Part shown: positions 19,334 through 30,346 of the stretch, one piece after another
Layout of the letters: each line of letters opens with the position of its first letter
Numbering within the stretch: position 1 is the stretch's first letter
Assembly (NCBI GenBank): GCA_963739305.1
Contig: CAVTZU010000026.1
Span: 1 to 56,254 of the forward strand
Length of the DNA: 56,254 bases
Direction: 5' to 3'
From: Candidatus Bathyarchaeota archaeon
GTDB taxonomy: Archaea; Thermoproteota; Bathyarchaeia; Bathyarchaeales; Bathycorpusculaceae
Made by a program: the position numbers and the translations under genes
Notes under the pieces: generated by a model
The model's input: the letters and a program-made list of their open reading frames with translations, nothing else
What the model was told of the DNA's origin: nothing
The model's database searches: none

Positions 19334-20557
19334 ATGGCGGAAGTTGACAAAATGATCAAAGACCTTACGGCATTTTACTCCAAAAGTGCGCTTAGCATGA
19401 AACGCTCGGAAATTCGTGAGCTCCTCAAAGTCACGAGACAACCGGACATGATCTCATTCGGCGGTGGCCTTCCGGCTCCTGAAACCTTCCCTGTGAAAGA
19501 CATAGAAGAAATATCATGCACGTTGCTGCGCGAAAAAGGGGCACTGGCTCTGCAGTACGGACCAACCGAGGGAGAAACGCCACTCCGTGAAGAAATAGCG
19601 AAATGGATGTCACGGGAAAAACCCAACGTCAAACCTGAGAACATTCTAGTAACTTCAGGTTCACAACAAGGGTTAGACATCCTCGGAAGAGTCTTCCTAG
19701 ACCCAAATGACATCGTGGTAGTCGAAATACCGACGTATATCGGCGGCCTGCAGGCGTTTACTGCCTATAGATGCAAACTCTTCGGAGTGACCCAAGATGA
19801 CCAAGGAATGAGAACTGACGAACTGGAAGAAGTTCTCGCTAGGCTGGCAAAAAGAAAGAAGAAGCCGAAATTCATCTACGTCGTTCCAGATTTTCAGAAC
19901 CCCTCTGGAGTCACGATGACACTTCCAAGGCGCAAGAAACTTTTGGAGTTAGCTTACAAATATGAAGTGCCCGTTGTCGAAGACAGCCCATATCGCGACC
20001 TAAGGTTCACAGGCCAACCCGTACCAGCCATCTACAGCCTAGACACTGAAAACCAGGTAATAGTACTTGGGACTTTCTCGAAGCTGCTCTGTCCAGGCCT
20101 GCGCCTGGCTTGGATGATGGCTCCAGCCGAGTGGATGGACAGAATGATCGTTGCAAAACAGGCAATGGACCTGTGCTCGCCGTCATATACTCAACTGATA
20201 GTTGCTGAATACCTGAAGAGAGGATTGCTTCATGGCCAGATAGAAAAAATATGCAGACTGTACGCAATAAAACGCCAAGCAATGCTCAACGCTCTCGAGA
20301 AGTACATGCCAAAAGGAGTGACGTGGACTAAGCCTGAAGGCGGACTTTTTCTCTGGATCAGGCTACCGAAAAAGATGAGCGCAAACGCGCTATTTCCAGA
20401 AGCCATCAAAAACAAGGTGGCGTACGTCACCGGTTCGGCGTTTCACTGCAACGGCAAAGGGCAGAATACGATGAGGCTCAACTTTTCCTACTCGTCAGAA
20501 AAGCAGATAGAAGAAGGAATCAGACGACTCGGAAAAATGGTTAAGGATAATATGTGA
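19334..20557 (+). CDS. PLP-dependent aminotransferase (LysN/ARO8-like)
   Basis: SEIRELLK, ISFGGGLP, ALQYGPTEG, FQNPSG, GTFSKLLCPGLRLAW. Start codon uncertain. Confidence 0.92.
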   Translation: MAEVDKMIKDLTAFYSKSALSMKRSEIRELLKVTRQPDMISFGGGLPAPETFPVKDIEEISCTLLREKGALALQYGPTEGETPLREEIAKWMSREKPNVKPENILVTSGSQQGLDILGRVFLDPNDIVVVEIPTYIGGLQAFTAYRCKLFGVTQDDQGMRTDELEEVLARLAKRKKKPKFIYVVPDFQNPSGVTMTLPRRKKLLELAYKYEVPVVEDSPYRDLRFTGQPVPAIYSLDTENQVIVLGTFSKLLCPGLRLAWMMAPAEWMDRMIVAKQAMDLCSPSYTQLIVAEYLKRGLLHGQIEKICRLYAIKRQAMLNALEKYMPKGVTWTKPEGGLFLWIRLPKKMSANALFPEAIKNKVAYVTGSAFHCNGKGQNTMRLNFSYSSEKQIEEGIRRLGKMVKDNM

Positions 20558-20704
20558 AGCCTTATTTCACATGATCGTTGCCTCGCCACTCTTCAAGAAT
20601 TTACATGTATCGATGGATCAAAAATCGGTTTTTCGCACCCCAACACAGCCGGCTGACAGATTGACAATTCAACATCACTCCACTGAACAAGTGCCTGCTT
20701 CGTC

Positions 20705-21215
20705 CTAGAAGGGTGTGTTTGAACCGGTCCCAACCGTAACCACTTGAAGCCTCGGGGGATAGGAGTCAGCCATCACCCAATTCGTGCCCGCACCAGAGAA
20801 GTCTATTTGCAAGAAGTAACCTCGCATTCTTCCCTGACTTGCTTCGTCGGGAGAAAACGTCATTTTCAGTTCAGTCACTTGGTTTGCTGCCAAGTTAATT
20901 GGATAAGTCTTGACGGCGTAGTCATTGTCAAACCAGTAGGCAATGTCTTTCTTCACCTTTGTGACGATCGAGCCCGTGTACTGCTCTGAAGCTTTGATGA
21001 CAGCGTGAAATTCAACTTCATCACCCAAATGACGCAACAGTCACATTCTTGCTGTCAGTCTGCCAGAACGCCTCCAAGACAAGTGGCGCGGAGTTCCTCC
21101 GAGCATTAAACATCGGAATTATGACGAACAGCGCGATCAGCACGACGATTATGATCACTATCACTATGAATACTTGGCCTCTTCTTGCCGTCGACCGCAT
21201 CTTTCTAGGTTTCAC
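20705..21215 (-). CDS. Membrane-anchored hypothetical protein, +1 frameshift near 21028
   Basis: Class III signal-like N-terminus RRG/QVFIVIVIII in 21021..21215 continues into 20705..21037. Confidence 0.6.
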
Positions 21216-21322
21216 GAAAAAAGCTACTCAGCTGCGCAGAAAAAAACCTTTCTTATCGAAAATTCAATTGATTCCGACGAAAAAGAGTTATCTCTTTAGA
21301 ACGCGCCCGTCAAGAAATACGT

Positions 21323-21610
21323 TCAAAGACGTTCTCTCTCAGTTTTGAGGCCAAGCGCAAGACCATTAACGTGGATCACATCGATGTTGCCCGTATCGTC
21401 TTCTTGAACTCGTTTCGCTTCAGCAGAAGACACTTCGATCGTGGTCGGTGGGACTTGTAGTTTGTGACCGCAGCGGGGACATTTTCCTCCAATCTTCGTA
21501 ACCACGCTTTCGAGATAGGTTTCGCGTCTGTACGTTCCATCTCGAAGCACGGGCTTGGGATCTCGATACAGGATCGCCCCGCATTGTCGACATGAGAAAA
21601 GAAAAGGCAA
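21323..21610 (-). CDS. Small zinc-ribbon protein
   Basis: CRQCG ... CPRCG. Confidence 0.65.
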   Translation of the reverse strand: MPFLFSCRQCGAILYRDPKPVLRDGTYRRETYLESVVTKIGGKCPRCGHKLQVPPTTIEVSSAEAKRVQEDDTGNIDVIHVNGLALGLKTERERL

Positions 21611-21751
21611 AAAGTTTCCTCCACGTCACTTGAACTGTGCAAAGATCTGTATTCTGATGGTATACTCAGTATACTTAATAAGTTTGTCTACACCGCACAC
21701 ACCAAAAAGAAAATAAACACCAATCATCCAATCGGTCACCCAGGGAACAGC

Positions 21752-22183
21752 ATGAAAACGCTCAAGATCTCAGATGACATCCACCAAAAGCTTACGGCGT
21801 TGCTGGGGGAACTGATGAGTCAAACGAGCAGAATGCAAACTTACCAGGACGCCATCAACGCGCTCATCAACGAATCGGTCATACTTCCGCAAGAGCTGCT
21901 GACACAGACGCAGATCTTCGTTGAAGAAAACAGACAGCTGGGCTACACGACAAAGGAAGAGTTCATCAGAGACGCCATCAGGTTCAGGCTGACTTGGTTG
22001 AACAAGGAGTACGAATACATCGAGATTCCCAAGGAACAGTACGACACGCTCGAAGAGGCGTTGAAAGAAATGGACACACCCTACCGCAGCGTAGAAGACT
22101 TCATGAACACGCAGATGAAGGAAGCGCTGCAAAAGTATGAAGACTGGAAGAAAGCTGGCCACAAACGATTGAGAAAAGATTGA
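21752..22183 (+). CDS. Ribbon-helix-helix/CopG-like DNA-binding protein
   Basis: MKTLKISDDIHQKL and ILPQELL...GYTTKEEFIRDAIR RHH-like repeats. Confidence 0.7.
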   Translation: MKTLKISDDIHQKLTALLGELMSQTSRMQTYQDAINALINESVILPQELLTQTQIFVEENRQLGYTTKEEFIRDAIRFRLTWLNKEYEYIEIPKEQYDTLEEALKEMDTPYRSVEDFMNTQMKEALQKYEDWKKAGHKRLRKD

Positions 22184-22193
22184 AAAAGAGAAA

Positions 22194-22664
22194 CTAGCAC
22201 TTTGCCGTCCCGTTCACGTTCTCCGCTTCGAGTTCACGCACCTGAGTTTCTAAGAACTCGGTCACTTTCTCTTGACTGAACCGCCTTTCGTCCTCTTGCT
22301 TCTTCAATTGCTCCCTGATCACGAACAGAGCCTTGCCGACGTCAAAGGGCTTCACTAAGTACCCATCAGCACTCCTATTGACCGCCTCTATCGCGTTGTG
22401 AACGGTTGGGTATCCAGTTATTATTATCTTGCGCATCCTAGGAACTGTGTCTTTGATTCTAATCAGAAGCTCAGTTCCTTCCATATCTAACAGTCGAAAG
22501 TCGATCAGCGCAAGATTGTAGAAGTTCGCGTTCGTCTTAACGATGGCTTCCTTTCCACTCTCAGCCGTGTCCACAAAGTAACCCTCGTCCTCAAGTATCG
22601 TAGAAAGCGTTTTTCTTATGCTCTCGTCGTCATCGACAACAATGATTCTGGCGCGCTTATCCAA
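22194..22664 (-). CDS. Response regulator receiver protein
   Basis: IIVVDDD, LALIDFRL, IITG, YLVKPF. Confidence 0.92.
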   Translation of the reverse strand: MDKRARIIVVDDDESIRKTLSTILEDEGYFVDTAESGKEAIVKTNANFYNLALIDFRLLDMEGTELLIRIKDTVPRMRKIIITGYPTVHNAIEAVNRSADGYLVKPFDVGKALFVIREQLKKQEDERRFSQEKVTEFLETQVRELEAENVNGTAKC

Positions 22665-25633
22665 ACCTTTTCACCTCCTGATTTTTTGTGCCTGACAGGA
22701 ACCGTTAGATTAAACGTGGATCCACCACCGATCGTGCTTTCAACGGCTATCTTGCCTCCGTGCGCCTCCACGATTCGTTTTGCAATTGCCAACCCGAAAC
22801 CCATTCCTTTGGCTTTTGAAGTGAACAAGGGCGTGAAAATCTTCTGCATCGTTTCCTTTGCCATGCCAACCCCGGTGTCTGTGAAGACAAACTCTAGGTC
22901 TTTGTTCACTTCGCGCGTTTGAATTGTCAGCGTTCCTCCTTTAGGCATAGCGTCAAAGGCGTTCTTTATTATGTTGATAAAAGCACGCTTCACTTTCTCA
23001 ACGTCAATCATCAACTGAGGGCAGTTTCTGGATCTATCGACCACTCGCATTTTCCGCGGAATCTTGATGAGCGACAAGGTATCCGTGATGAGCGACTTTG
23101 GCGTAACTTTAGTCAAGTCAAGCTTGATTTCCCGCGAATACTCCAAAAGGTCGTTGATGATTTTGTTAGAATAAGCAATGTCCTTCTCGATGATCTCAAT
23201 CATCTCTTTCGTTTTACCGCTGCCAGTCAAGTTTGAACGCGTCTTCAAGTAGTAGGTCGCCCCTGTTATGCCTGTCAAAGGGTTGCGCAGATCATGGCCG
23301 ATCATGGCTGCCAACTGACCTATGGCCGCGAGCCTTTCAGACCTGAAAATCTGCTGCTCCAAACGTTTGCGCTCTGTGATGTCTTTGGCGATCGAGACGA
23401 AACCTATCGGAGTACCAGATGCATCCCTCACGACACTCCTGGACAGTTCCACCGGAAACTCACGACCATCTTTCGTTAAAAACGCGTACTCAACAGCCTT
23501 AAGCTCTCCCAGATCGAAAGTCTGTTTCAAGTCTTCTTGAGCCTTTTGCCGATCTTTTTCAGCGACCAGACCAAGAAAGTTTTTGCCAAGCAACTCTTCT
23601 CTCGAAGAATATTCGTGCATTCTGACTTTTTGCTCATTGCACTCAATTATGTTGCCGTTCAGATCCGTCGCCGTTACGGCGTCAGGAGAGGCAGCAAAAA
23701 TGCTTTTTAGCTTCTCCTCGCTTCTTCTCAGATCAGCAGTACGTTCGTCGACCATCTTTTCAAGGTTTTGTGCGTATTCCTTGACTTGCTGTATTAGCTG
23801 GGCGTTTTCAATAGCGACCGCGGCTTGGTGAGCAAAAAGCTCCAGAGGAGCAAGAGATTCTCTGGTTGGTCGCCGTCCATCGTTCGGATCATCCATACTC
23901 ATCACTCCGACTATTTGTCCATCTGGGAGTTTGAGCGGAACATAAAGCAGATCATCTGGGTTCCAGTCGACGGTTTCGTGTCTTGGAACTTTGCTCGACA
24001 AAGCGTACTTGAACTGCTCTTGGACGAGGGGATCACTCCAGGGCAAGTAGTAGAACTCCCCTAAACGGTAGCCCTCGAACATGGAGCTCAAGCGTTTGCG
24101 CCAAACGTGCCCTGGCGACTGGTGTTCTTTCAAGTACTCTTCCTCGGCAGGTGTCAGTCCAGCTGAGACGACGTCGGTTGTGTTAAGGTCTTGGTCCCTA
24201 AGGGAAATGACGACTCTGCGCCATCCTTGATCATGAACTGCCTCAGCGATCGTCTTCAAGCGTTCACGCAGGTCGGTTGTGCTCAGCATCACCGCAGAAC
24301 TTCGCATCAGGCTTTCAAGTTCTCTGGAGATGTGCCGATATCTTTCCTCTTCTTCTTTGAGTACTTGCTCCATCTTTTTTCGGTCACTTGTGTCCCTTAC
24401 TATGATTACGGCATGCCACTTGTCTCGCATCCGCAATGACGAGAATGAGAACTCCACAGGCATCTCTGTTCCGTCTTTTTTCACGACTGACGTCTCGAGA
24501 ACTTTCCCTTGAAGCGAATTTCGCCCACCCTTAAGAAGCATGTAGAATCGTGAATAGGTAAAGTTGAAGCGCCCCAGGGCAAGCAGCTTGAAAGCCTCCT
24601 TGCCAATTGCTTCTTCTTTCTTGTGGCCAAAAATCTTTTCAGCCGCGTGATTCCAATATGAGATTTCACCTTTTTCATCTAGCAAGATTATGGCGTCCAC
24701 AGTGGAGGCACTGATTGCCTGAAACATCTCCTTGCTCTCGTGCAATCGGAGCTCTGCTCTCCTGCGAGCCTCTTCAACAGAAATCGCGGAGCCGAACAGT
24801 TCTAGAAGCTTGATATCTTCTCGTGAAGGGCTAAAATCTGTCTGGTAGACGACGCAGAGACTTCCCACATGGGTGTCTCCGAATTTCACGGGCACGCCAA
24901 GGTACGTTCGCAGCTTGTAACGTCTTACGTTTGGATCGGTTCGAGCATACCGCGTTTTGTTCAGATCTTTGATAATACGAACATTATCTGTGCTGTGTCG
25001 AATGACGTCATAACAAATGTGCCCCTCAGGCTTGTCCACTGCCTTAAAGCCTGGCGGGGTATTCCACTTGCCGGCGGAGCAGATCATTCCTTCCTCCAGA
25101 CGGTTGTAGAGGGCGCACGTAGCCCCAAGTAGTTCACCACACAATGCAACAACGGAATTGATGTTTTCCTTGGGATCAACCTTGAAGCGGAGAAAACAGC
25201 GATTCAGCTTTTCGATGCGTTGTTGGGCTTTCTTGCGTTCACTTATGTCCCGCACGATGACGGTGAAATAGATTTCTTGTTTCATCTTCCACGTGGAAAA
25301 TGAAACCTCGACGGGAAATTCTCGTCCATCTTTCTTCAGTCCGACGAGCTCGCGGGTCTTGCTCAATTCTGATTGAGAAGACGAACGAATTTTTATCATG
25401 CCTTTGGAGTGTTTTTTCATCAGCCTAGACGGTATTAGCATAATAACGGGTTTGCCTAAAACTTCGTTAGGGGAATAACCGAACATTCTCTCGGTCCCCT
25501 TGTTCGCGAAAGTTATTTTTCCGTTCTTGTCAGCAGAAATAATAGCGTCTCCGGCCGAATCGGCGACCGAGCGCAGGCATTCTTCGCTGTCACGTAGAGC
25601 TTGCATTGCATCGGCTAGTTCTGGAGATACCAC
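22616..25633 (-). CDS. PAS/GAF sensor histidine kinase
   Basis: Three PAS/PAC domains, two GAF-like domains, HDLRNPL H-box, NIIKNAFDAM, DTGVG and GMGFGL. Probable GTG start after AGGAG. Confidence 0.93.
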   Translation of the reverse strand: MVSPELADAMQALRDSEECLRSVADSAGDAIISADKNGKITFANKGTERMFGYSPNEVLGKPVIMLIPSRLMKKHSKGMIKIRSSSQSELSKTRELVGLKKDGREFPVEVSFSTWKMKQEIYFTVIVRDISERKKAQQRIEKLNRCFLRFKVDPKENINSVVALCGELLGATCALYNRLEEGMICSAGKWNTPPGFKAVDKPEGHICYDVIRHSTDNVRIIKDLNKTRYARTDPNVRRYKLRTYLGVPVKFGDTHVGSLCVVYQTDFSPSREDIKLLELFGSAISVEEARRRAELRLHESKEMFQAISASTVDAIILLDEKGEISYWNHAAEKIFGHKKEEAIGKEAFKLLALGRFNFTYSRFYMLLKGGRNSLQGKVLETSVVKKDGTEMPVEFSFSSLRMRDKWHAVIIVRDTSDRKKMEQVLKEEEERYRHISRELESLMRSSAVMLSTTDLRERLKTIAEAVHDQGWRRVVISLRDQDLNTTDVVSAGLTPAEEEYLKEHQSPGHVWRKRLSSMFEGYRLGEFYYLPWSDPLVQEQFKYALSSKVPRHETVDWNPDDLLYVPLKLPDGQIVGVMSMDDPNDGRRPTRESLAPLELFAHQAAVAIENAQLIQQVKEYAQNLEKMVDERTADLRRSEEKLKSIFAASPDAVTATDLNGNIIECNEQKVRMHEYSSREELLGKNFLGLVAEKDRQKAQEDLKQTFDLGELKAVEYAFLTKDGREFPVELSRSVVRDASGTPIGFVSIAKDITERKRLEQQIFRSERLAAIGQLAAMIGHDLRNPLTGITGATYYLKTRSNLTGSGKTKEMIEIIEKDIAYSNKIINDLLEYSREIKLDLTKVTPKSLITDTLSLIKIPRKMRVVDRSRNCPQLMIDVEKVKRAFINIIKNAFDAMPKGGTLTIQTREVNKDLEFVFTDTGVGMAKETMQKIFTPLFTSKAKGMGFGLAIAKRIVEAHGGKIAVESTIGGGSTFNLTVPVRHKKSGGEKVWISAPESLLSMTTRA

Positions 25634-25877
25634 AGTGACTCCTATCGCGAACGACAAGGAAAGAAGTTTGGATCAACGCATTTAACGTGTGTGAAGGTCG
25701 ACTCTTGATTCTGAATGCATGCCGCGGAAGTGTTCTATAACAGACTGAATAGAATAGATAATGGCTGCAGACTGCGGAAGAGACTTGAGGAACAACTTCC
25801 ATAGAGTTTAATGCCATAGAACATTCTTTCAAAACTGTTATTTGCAGGTGCGACCTACAACAGTTAGCGTGGGGAAC

Positions 25878-26129
25878 ATGAACACAAAGAAGGCCCTGTG
25901 CACGTTCATAACCCTTATTGCAAGTTTGGTCACGATCACGAATCTGGCTAACTTCACGGCACTGGCCCAGCAAGAGACGGATAGGGTTTCAATGTCATCG
26001 ATCGATCTTCTAGTAATCTTGGCTATGATAGTCGCGGCTGGAGTGGTCGCTGGCTTGGCATTTATCATAATAGTGGCTGCCGAGTTAGCAAGGCGTAGAA
26101 GACGAAAGTTTAGTTGCATTCAACACTAG
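25878..26129 (+). CDS. Small membrane protein
   Basis: Signal-like N-terminus, one TM helix and an RRRRRK tail. Confidence 0.5.
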   Translation: MNTKKALCTFITLIASLVTITNLANFTALAQQETDRVSMSSIDLLVILAMIVAAGVVAGLAFIIIVAAELARRRRRKFSCIQH

Positions 26130-26167
26130 ATGCCTCTTGCAGTAGAAATGAGAGATCCGCGTCAGCT

Positions 26168-26560
26168 TCACTTTGAAGCGACGGGTAGAGGGTACAGTTC
26201 ACTGAGTTTGGCTTTCTTGAGTTTTTTATCGATCTGAACGATCACGTAAGGGTCTCCGAAGTCAGCTATGAACTGTCTGCATTTTCCACAAGGGGGCAAG
26301 ACGTGTCCACGTTTCTTGAACGAATAAGCAACAATTGTCTCAATCTCGTCTTCGCCCTCAGAGAACATCGTACCGATTGCCGCATACTCAGCACAGATTG
26401 AACATGGAGCTGAACATTGTATTTCGATGTTGACTCCTTCAAAGACTTTACCACTGCGAGTGCGCAGTACGGAGGCGACTGACGATCTCTCGGACTTCCT
26501 CTTTTCGATTAGGTCTCTTGCCTTTTCCACGAGTTCCAGATCGCGCTTCGTTAGGTCCAA
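26168..26560 (-). CDS. cdd: Cytidine deaminase family protein
   Basis: GVNIE, SICAE, PPCGKCRQ. Confidence 0.85.
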   Translation of the reverse strand: MDLTKRDLELVEKARDLIEKRKSERSSVASVLRTRSGKVFEGVNIEIQCSAPCSICAEYAAIGTMFSEGEDEIETIVAYSFKKRGHVLPPCGKCRQFIADFGDPYVIVQIDKKLKKAKLSELYPLPVASK

Positions 26561-26738
26561 TAATTGCACACCCAAAAACAGTAACATCGTCCTAATGAAG
26601 GCTTTGTTTGGTAATAGTGCTTGAGAAACATTTTGGGACAAGAATCATAGCTGGAAACTTGTCCAAACATGCACCATTTGATTCACAACTACCAAAAAAA
26701 TTATATTACGGACTGGGGAATCGAGCTTGATGGTCAGC

Positions 26739-27872
26739 ATGTCCAAGGACAAGAAGGCAGATCTTGCCGGTCCAGGCATCGGCAACTATGAAGATCTTGA
26801 AAAGGTTCTTCCGAACGATTACCGTTCAATTTTGAACCCGAAAGAGACACAGGTCGCGATTTTTGAGGTGAAACGATACATTGAAGAGAATCTCTGTCGC
26901 GAACTCAATCTGATAATGGTTCAGGTTCCTCTTATTGTAGATGTTGAGAGTGGTGTCAATGATCTTTTGGACCGGGATGGTTCACGCACGCCCATTCAGT
27001 TCCACATCTCGAATGACTACGATAAGCATCCTGTCGACGCTCAAGTGGTCCAGGCCGCAACCAAATGGAAGAGGATGGCCTTGAAAGAGTTTGCGATGAA
27101 GCCAAGTGAAGGACTGTGCACGGACATGCGTGCCGTGCGCAAGGACTACTTCCTCGATCATGACCACAGCGCTTACGTCGACCAGTGGGATTGGGAAAAA
27201 GTGATAACCGAGAAGGACCGCAACCTAAAATACCTGACCGAAACAGTTGAGAAAATTTGGAAGGTCATCAAGGGCGCCGAAAAGCACATTCAAAAAGCTT
27301 TCCCACAGCTAAAAACGGATAAGTATCCGGATCTTCCGGACAAGCTAACGTTTTTGCACGCTGAAGAAATTCTCGACAAATATCCAAATCTACCTCGAAA
27401 ACAACGCGAGACAAGGATTCTGCAAGACTATCCCGGAATTTTCATCTATGGGATAGGCTGGACTCTGAAGGATGGTTACCCACACGAAATGAGAGCTGCA
27501 GACTACGACGACTGGATTACCGAAACCAAATCTAAAGATGGCAAACCCATGCATGGGCTCAATGGAGACATTCTAGTTTGGAACCCGGTCACCAAGCGGC
27601 GACACGAGTTGTCCTCCATGGGCATTCGCGTCAACGCTGAAACCCTCAAGAAGCAGCTAGAATTGACCGGCCAAATTGACTTTCTCAAGTATCCTTATCA
27701 TCAGGCAATTGTTAGAAACGAAATTCCTCTGAGCATAGGAGGCGGCATCGGCCAATCTCGCACTCAGATGGCGATACTCAAAAAGGCCCATCTTGGCGAG
27801 GTCAGCGTCACAGTCTGGCCTAGGATACTGAAGGAAATGTGCCGAAAAAGGAACATCTTCATCCTTGAATGA
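26739..27872 (+). CDS. asnA: Aspartate--ammonia ligase (asparagine synthetase A)
   Basis: KWKR, HSAYVDQWDWEK, RAADYDDW, LNGDI, ELSSMGIRV, SIGGGIGQSR. Confidence 0.93.
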   Translation: MSKDKKADLAGPGIGNYEDLEKVLPNDYRSILNPKETQVAIFEVKRYIEENLCRELNLIMVQVPLIVDVESGVNDLLDRDGSRTPIQFHISNDYDKHPVDAQVVQAATKWKRMALKEFAMKPSEGLCTDMRAVRKDYFLDHDHSAYVDQWDWEKVITEKDRNLKYLTETVEKIWKVIKGAEKHIQKAFPQLKTDKYPDLPDKLTFLHAEEILDKYPNLPRKQRETRILQDYPGIFIYGIGWTLKDGYPHEMRAADYDDWITETKSKDGKPMHGLNGDILVWNPVTKRRHELSSMGIRVNAETLKKQLELTGQIDFLKYPYHQAIVRNEIPLSIGGGIGQSRTQMAILKKAHLGEVSVTVWPRILKEMCRKRNIFILE

Positions 27873-28004
27873 GCACGGACAACGTTGTGCACTAGACGAA
27901 AACCTATGACTTTATACACAACTTGACACGAGCTGGCAGACCGAAAATTCTCGTTTCAACTCAATGGTTTTCTGCAGAAAGAAGAGTGATTTTTCTTGAG
28001 AGCT

Positions 28005-28178
28005 TCAGGCCAGTATGCCATTGTGAACTTTTTCAGTGACGACACCCAGGCTTTTCGCATACTCTAAGAAAGCAGTCCGCAAAGCTTCGCTTTCAGCCAT
28101 CCCAAGACTGACGCATACGCGCTCAAGAACCCTCTTCTGCTGAGGAGGAAGGTAAACCTTCACGACTTTTCTTCCCAT
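28005..28178 (-). CDS. Small RHH-type DNA-binding protein
   Basis: KVVKVYLPPQQKRVLERVCVSLGMAESEALRTAF has a beta-alpha-alpha pattern. Confidence 0.6.
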   Translation of the reverse strand: MGRKVVKVYLPPQQKRVLERVCVSLGMAESEALRTAFLEYAKSLGVVTEKVHNGILA

Positions 28179-28438
28179 TCGATGAACCTCCTGAGACTTC
28201 AACCAAGACTTGCCTCGAATAACAGATCATGTTCTATATGATAAAAGAATTGCCAACATGGAAGTTTCAAACGTTGCTGTCCATAAGCCATGCTTAAGGG
28301 AAAGTTCACACAAAAGGAAGGCAAAAAAAGGTAAGCCAAGAAAAGAACCTAAATTCTTGAGGCATCTTAACGTCGTTAGAATTGACCGACTAGCGCATTC
28401 GCACGTTTGGAATGCCTATAGACTTAAAAGGTTAAGCA

Positions 28439-29102
28439 GTGTTGTTCGCTCGAAAGGAGGAAGCAAACTCGTTTCGGCGTCGGCCATATTTCATTGGGCT
28501 ACATTCTAGGCAAGGCTTCAGCGAGGGTTCTGAATACGAGCTTGAACGTGCCGCTCGTCATGACACTGTCCGTTCTGCCGGATATGGATATCTTGTTTCA
28601 ACACTTGAATGGACTGGGTCAGATAATTCCCCATAGGGGTCCGTTTCACTCTGTACTAATCATGCTGATTGTTTTCATCCCTGTTTTTGTCGTGTACCGC
28701 AAGAGGGCGCTTCCTTACTTCATCGCCCTTGTTTCACATCCTTTGATAGGCGACTACTTCACTGGAGGGAATCTGCAGCTTTTCTGGCCCCTCACTTCAC
28801 AGACATTCGGAACAGGCGGGAGCATTTACAGCCCCGAAAACATAGCGTTGGAGTTGATGCTCTTTGTCTCTTCCATTGCGCTGCTTGTTGTCTCGCGAGA
28901 CCTGTTTGTGCTGTTCAAACCAAACCTCTCTAATCTAATACTCGCCATACCTACGTTCACAGTGTTGCTTCCGATATTCTTGAGTTTTCCTCTCCAGGTT
29001 CCAATTCCGCTGATACTGCCACACCTCACTTTTTTGATCCTCTTCATTTTTGCTATGATTGTCACGTTGGTCGGCATTCTGAGGCGCAGAAAAGTGGGAT
29101 AG
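28439..29102 (+). CDS. Membrane-bound metal-dependent hydrolase (YdjM-like), probable +1 frameshift near 28474
   Basis: LPDMD, HRGPFHS, SHPLIGD and LFWPL motifs. The N-terminal GH motif is restored by removing one base. Confidence 0.8.
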
Positions 29103-29138
29103 GTAGATTTCAATTACGAAAAAGAGAAAAAATATTGC

Positions 29139-30284
29139 TCAAGCAGGAGCTGGAGGTCTTCCTGCAAGGACAAGTTGCAGATTCAGGGGTTGATCATTTC
29201 GTATGAGATTCATGATAACTGTTTCCCCTGGGAGCGTATGCTCTTCCAAGTAGCTCGACATCTGATCCCCATTTATGATGCCTGTCCCGTTGATTCCGAC
29301 TATTATGTCATTCACCTGAACGCCTGCACCAGCGGCAGGTTCTCCCGACACTACTTCACCAACTAGCCAGCCGAAAGTCGTGTTCGTGTGCATTTGCGCA
29401 GCTTGGAAGTAGTCCATGTCGGTGCCCTTGACTCCCAAGTATGAATGCCCACCGTAAGTGCCAGTTGCAATCAGCGCGCCTATCTCTCTTAGAATCGTGT
29501 TTGAAGGTACGGCAAAACCAAGACCCTGAGAGTTTTCAACGATAGCGGCAGTTATCCCCACGACTTTGCCGTCGAAATTGAGCAGGGGGCCGCCAGAATT
29601 GCCAGGGTTTATCGGAGCACTCGTTTGTATGATGTTAGCTATTGGGAAACCGCCAGTCAACGTGGTTTCAGTTATAGTGCGGCCAAGCGCACTCACAACG
29701 CCGCTGGTCATCGTGCCGACGAGTCCGAATGGAGCACCAATGGCGATCACTGGATCACCCACGTTCAACGTTGAAGAACTCACGATGGAGATCGGTTGAA
29801 ACTCTTCCTGCGATGCCCCAACAACTGTAACAATCGCGATGTCCGAGTACGGGTCGGTTCCGTTCACTGTTGCTTCGTATCCGTGACCGTCCGAGAAAGT
29901 GACGCTCAGCGCAGTCGTCCCTTGGACAACGTGATTGTTCGTCACTACGAACATCGTTCCAGTCACGTTGTAGACAAAACCTGAGCCCTGAACGGTTCCA
30001 CTGCTTGTTTCCCCTTGGATCAGAACCACCGATCCTTTGACCTTTTTGTACATTTCAGCCAAAGAGGTTTCGTTTTGGTATACCGTTATTGTTTGGTTGT
30101 AGACGGTTTGGTTTCCTGAGATATTTGAGATTTGACTCGAAAGGTTTGAAATTTGACCCTGCAGGTCATTGATCTGTTTCATGAAGAAGTAAGAGGTTAT
30201 CAGCCCCCCGCCTATCAGCCCAGCGACGAGGATCAGCACTATTATTGCTGCAGAAGATGCGACGCGACTTCTATCCATGTTCAT
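29139..30284 (-). CDS. HtrA/DegP-like trypsin serine protease with PDZ domain
   Basis: GSGF, TNNHVV, DIA, INPGNSGGPL and a C-terminal PDZ domain. Confidence 0.93.
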   Translation of the reverse strand: MNMDRSRVASSAAIIVLILVAGLIGGGLITSYFFMKQINDLQGQISNLSSQISNISGNQTVYNQTITVYQNETSLAEMYKKVKGSVVLIQGETSSGTVQGSGFVYNVTGTMFVVTNNHVVQGTTALSVTFSDGHGYEATVNGTDPYSDIAIVTVVGASQEEFQPISIVSSSTLNVGDPVIAIGAPFGLVGTMTSGVVSALGRTITETTLTGGFPIANIIQTSAPINPGNSGGPLLNFDGKVVGITAAIVENSQGLGFAVPSNTILREIGALIATGTYGGHSYLGVKGTDMDYFQAAQMHTNTTFGWLVGEVVSGEPAAGAGVQVNDIIVGINGTGIINGDQMSSYLEEHTLPGETVIMNLIRNDQPLNLQLVLAGRPPAPA

Positions 30285-30346
30285 TCACCTTTGCCTATGA
30301 AGATTCAATGAAGGGTTCTTAAGATTTCCGCTGGTGCCGCTGTGAT

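Noticed and set aside
25590-26119. Minus-strand ORFs as an N-terminal extension of the histidine kinase
   Set aside because: They have no domain signal and are antisense to a plausible membrane-protein gene; the kinase has its own SD and GTG start.
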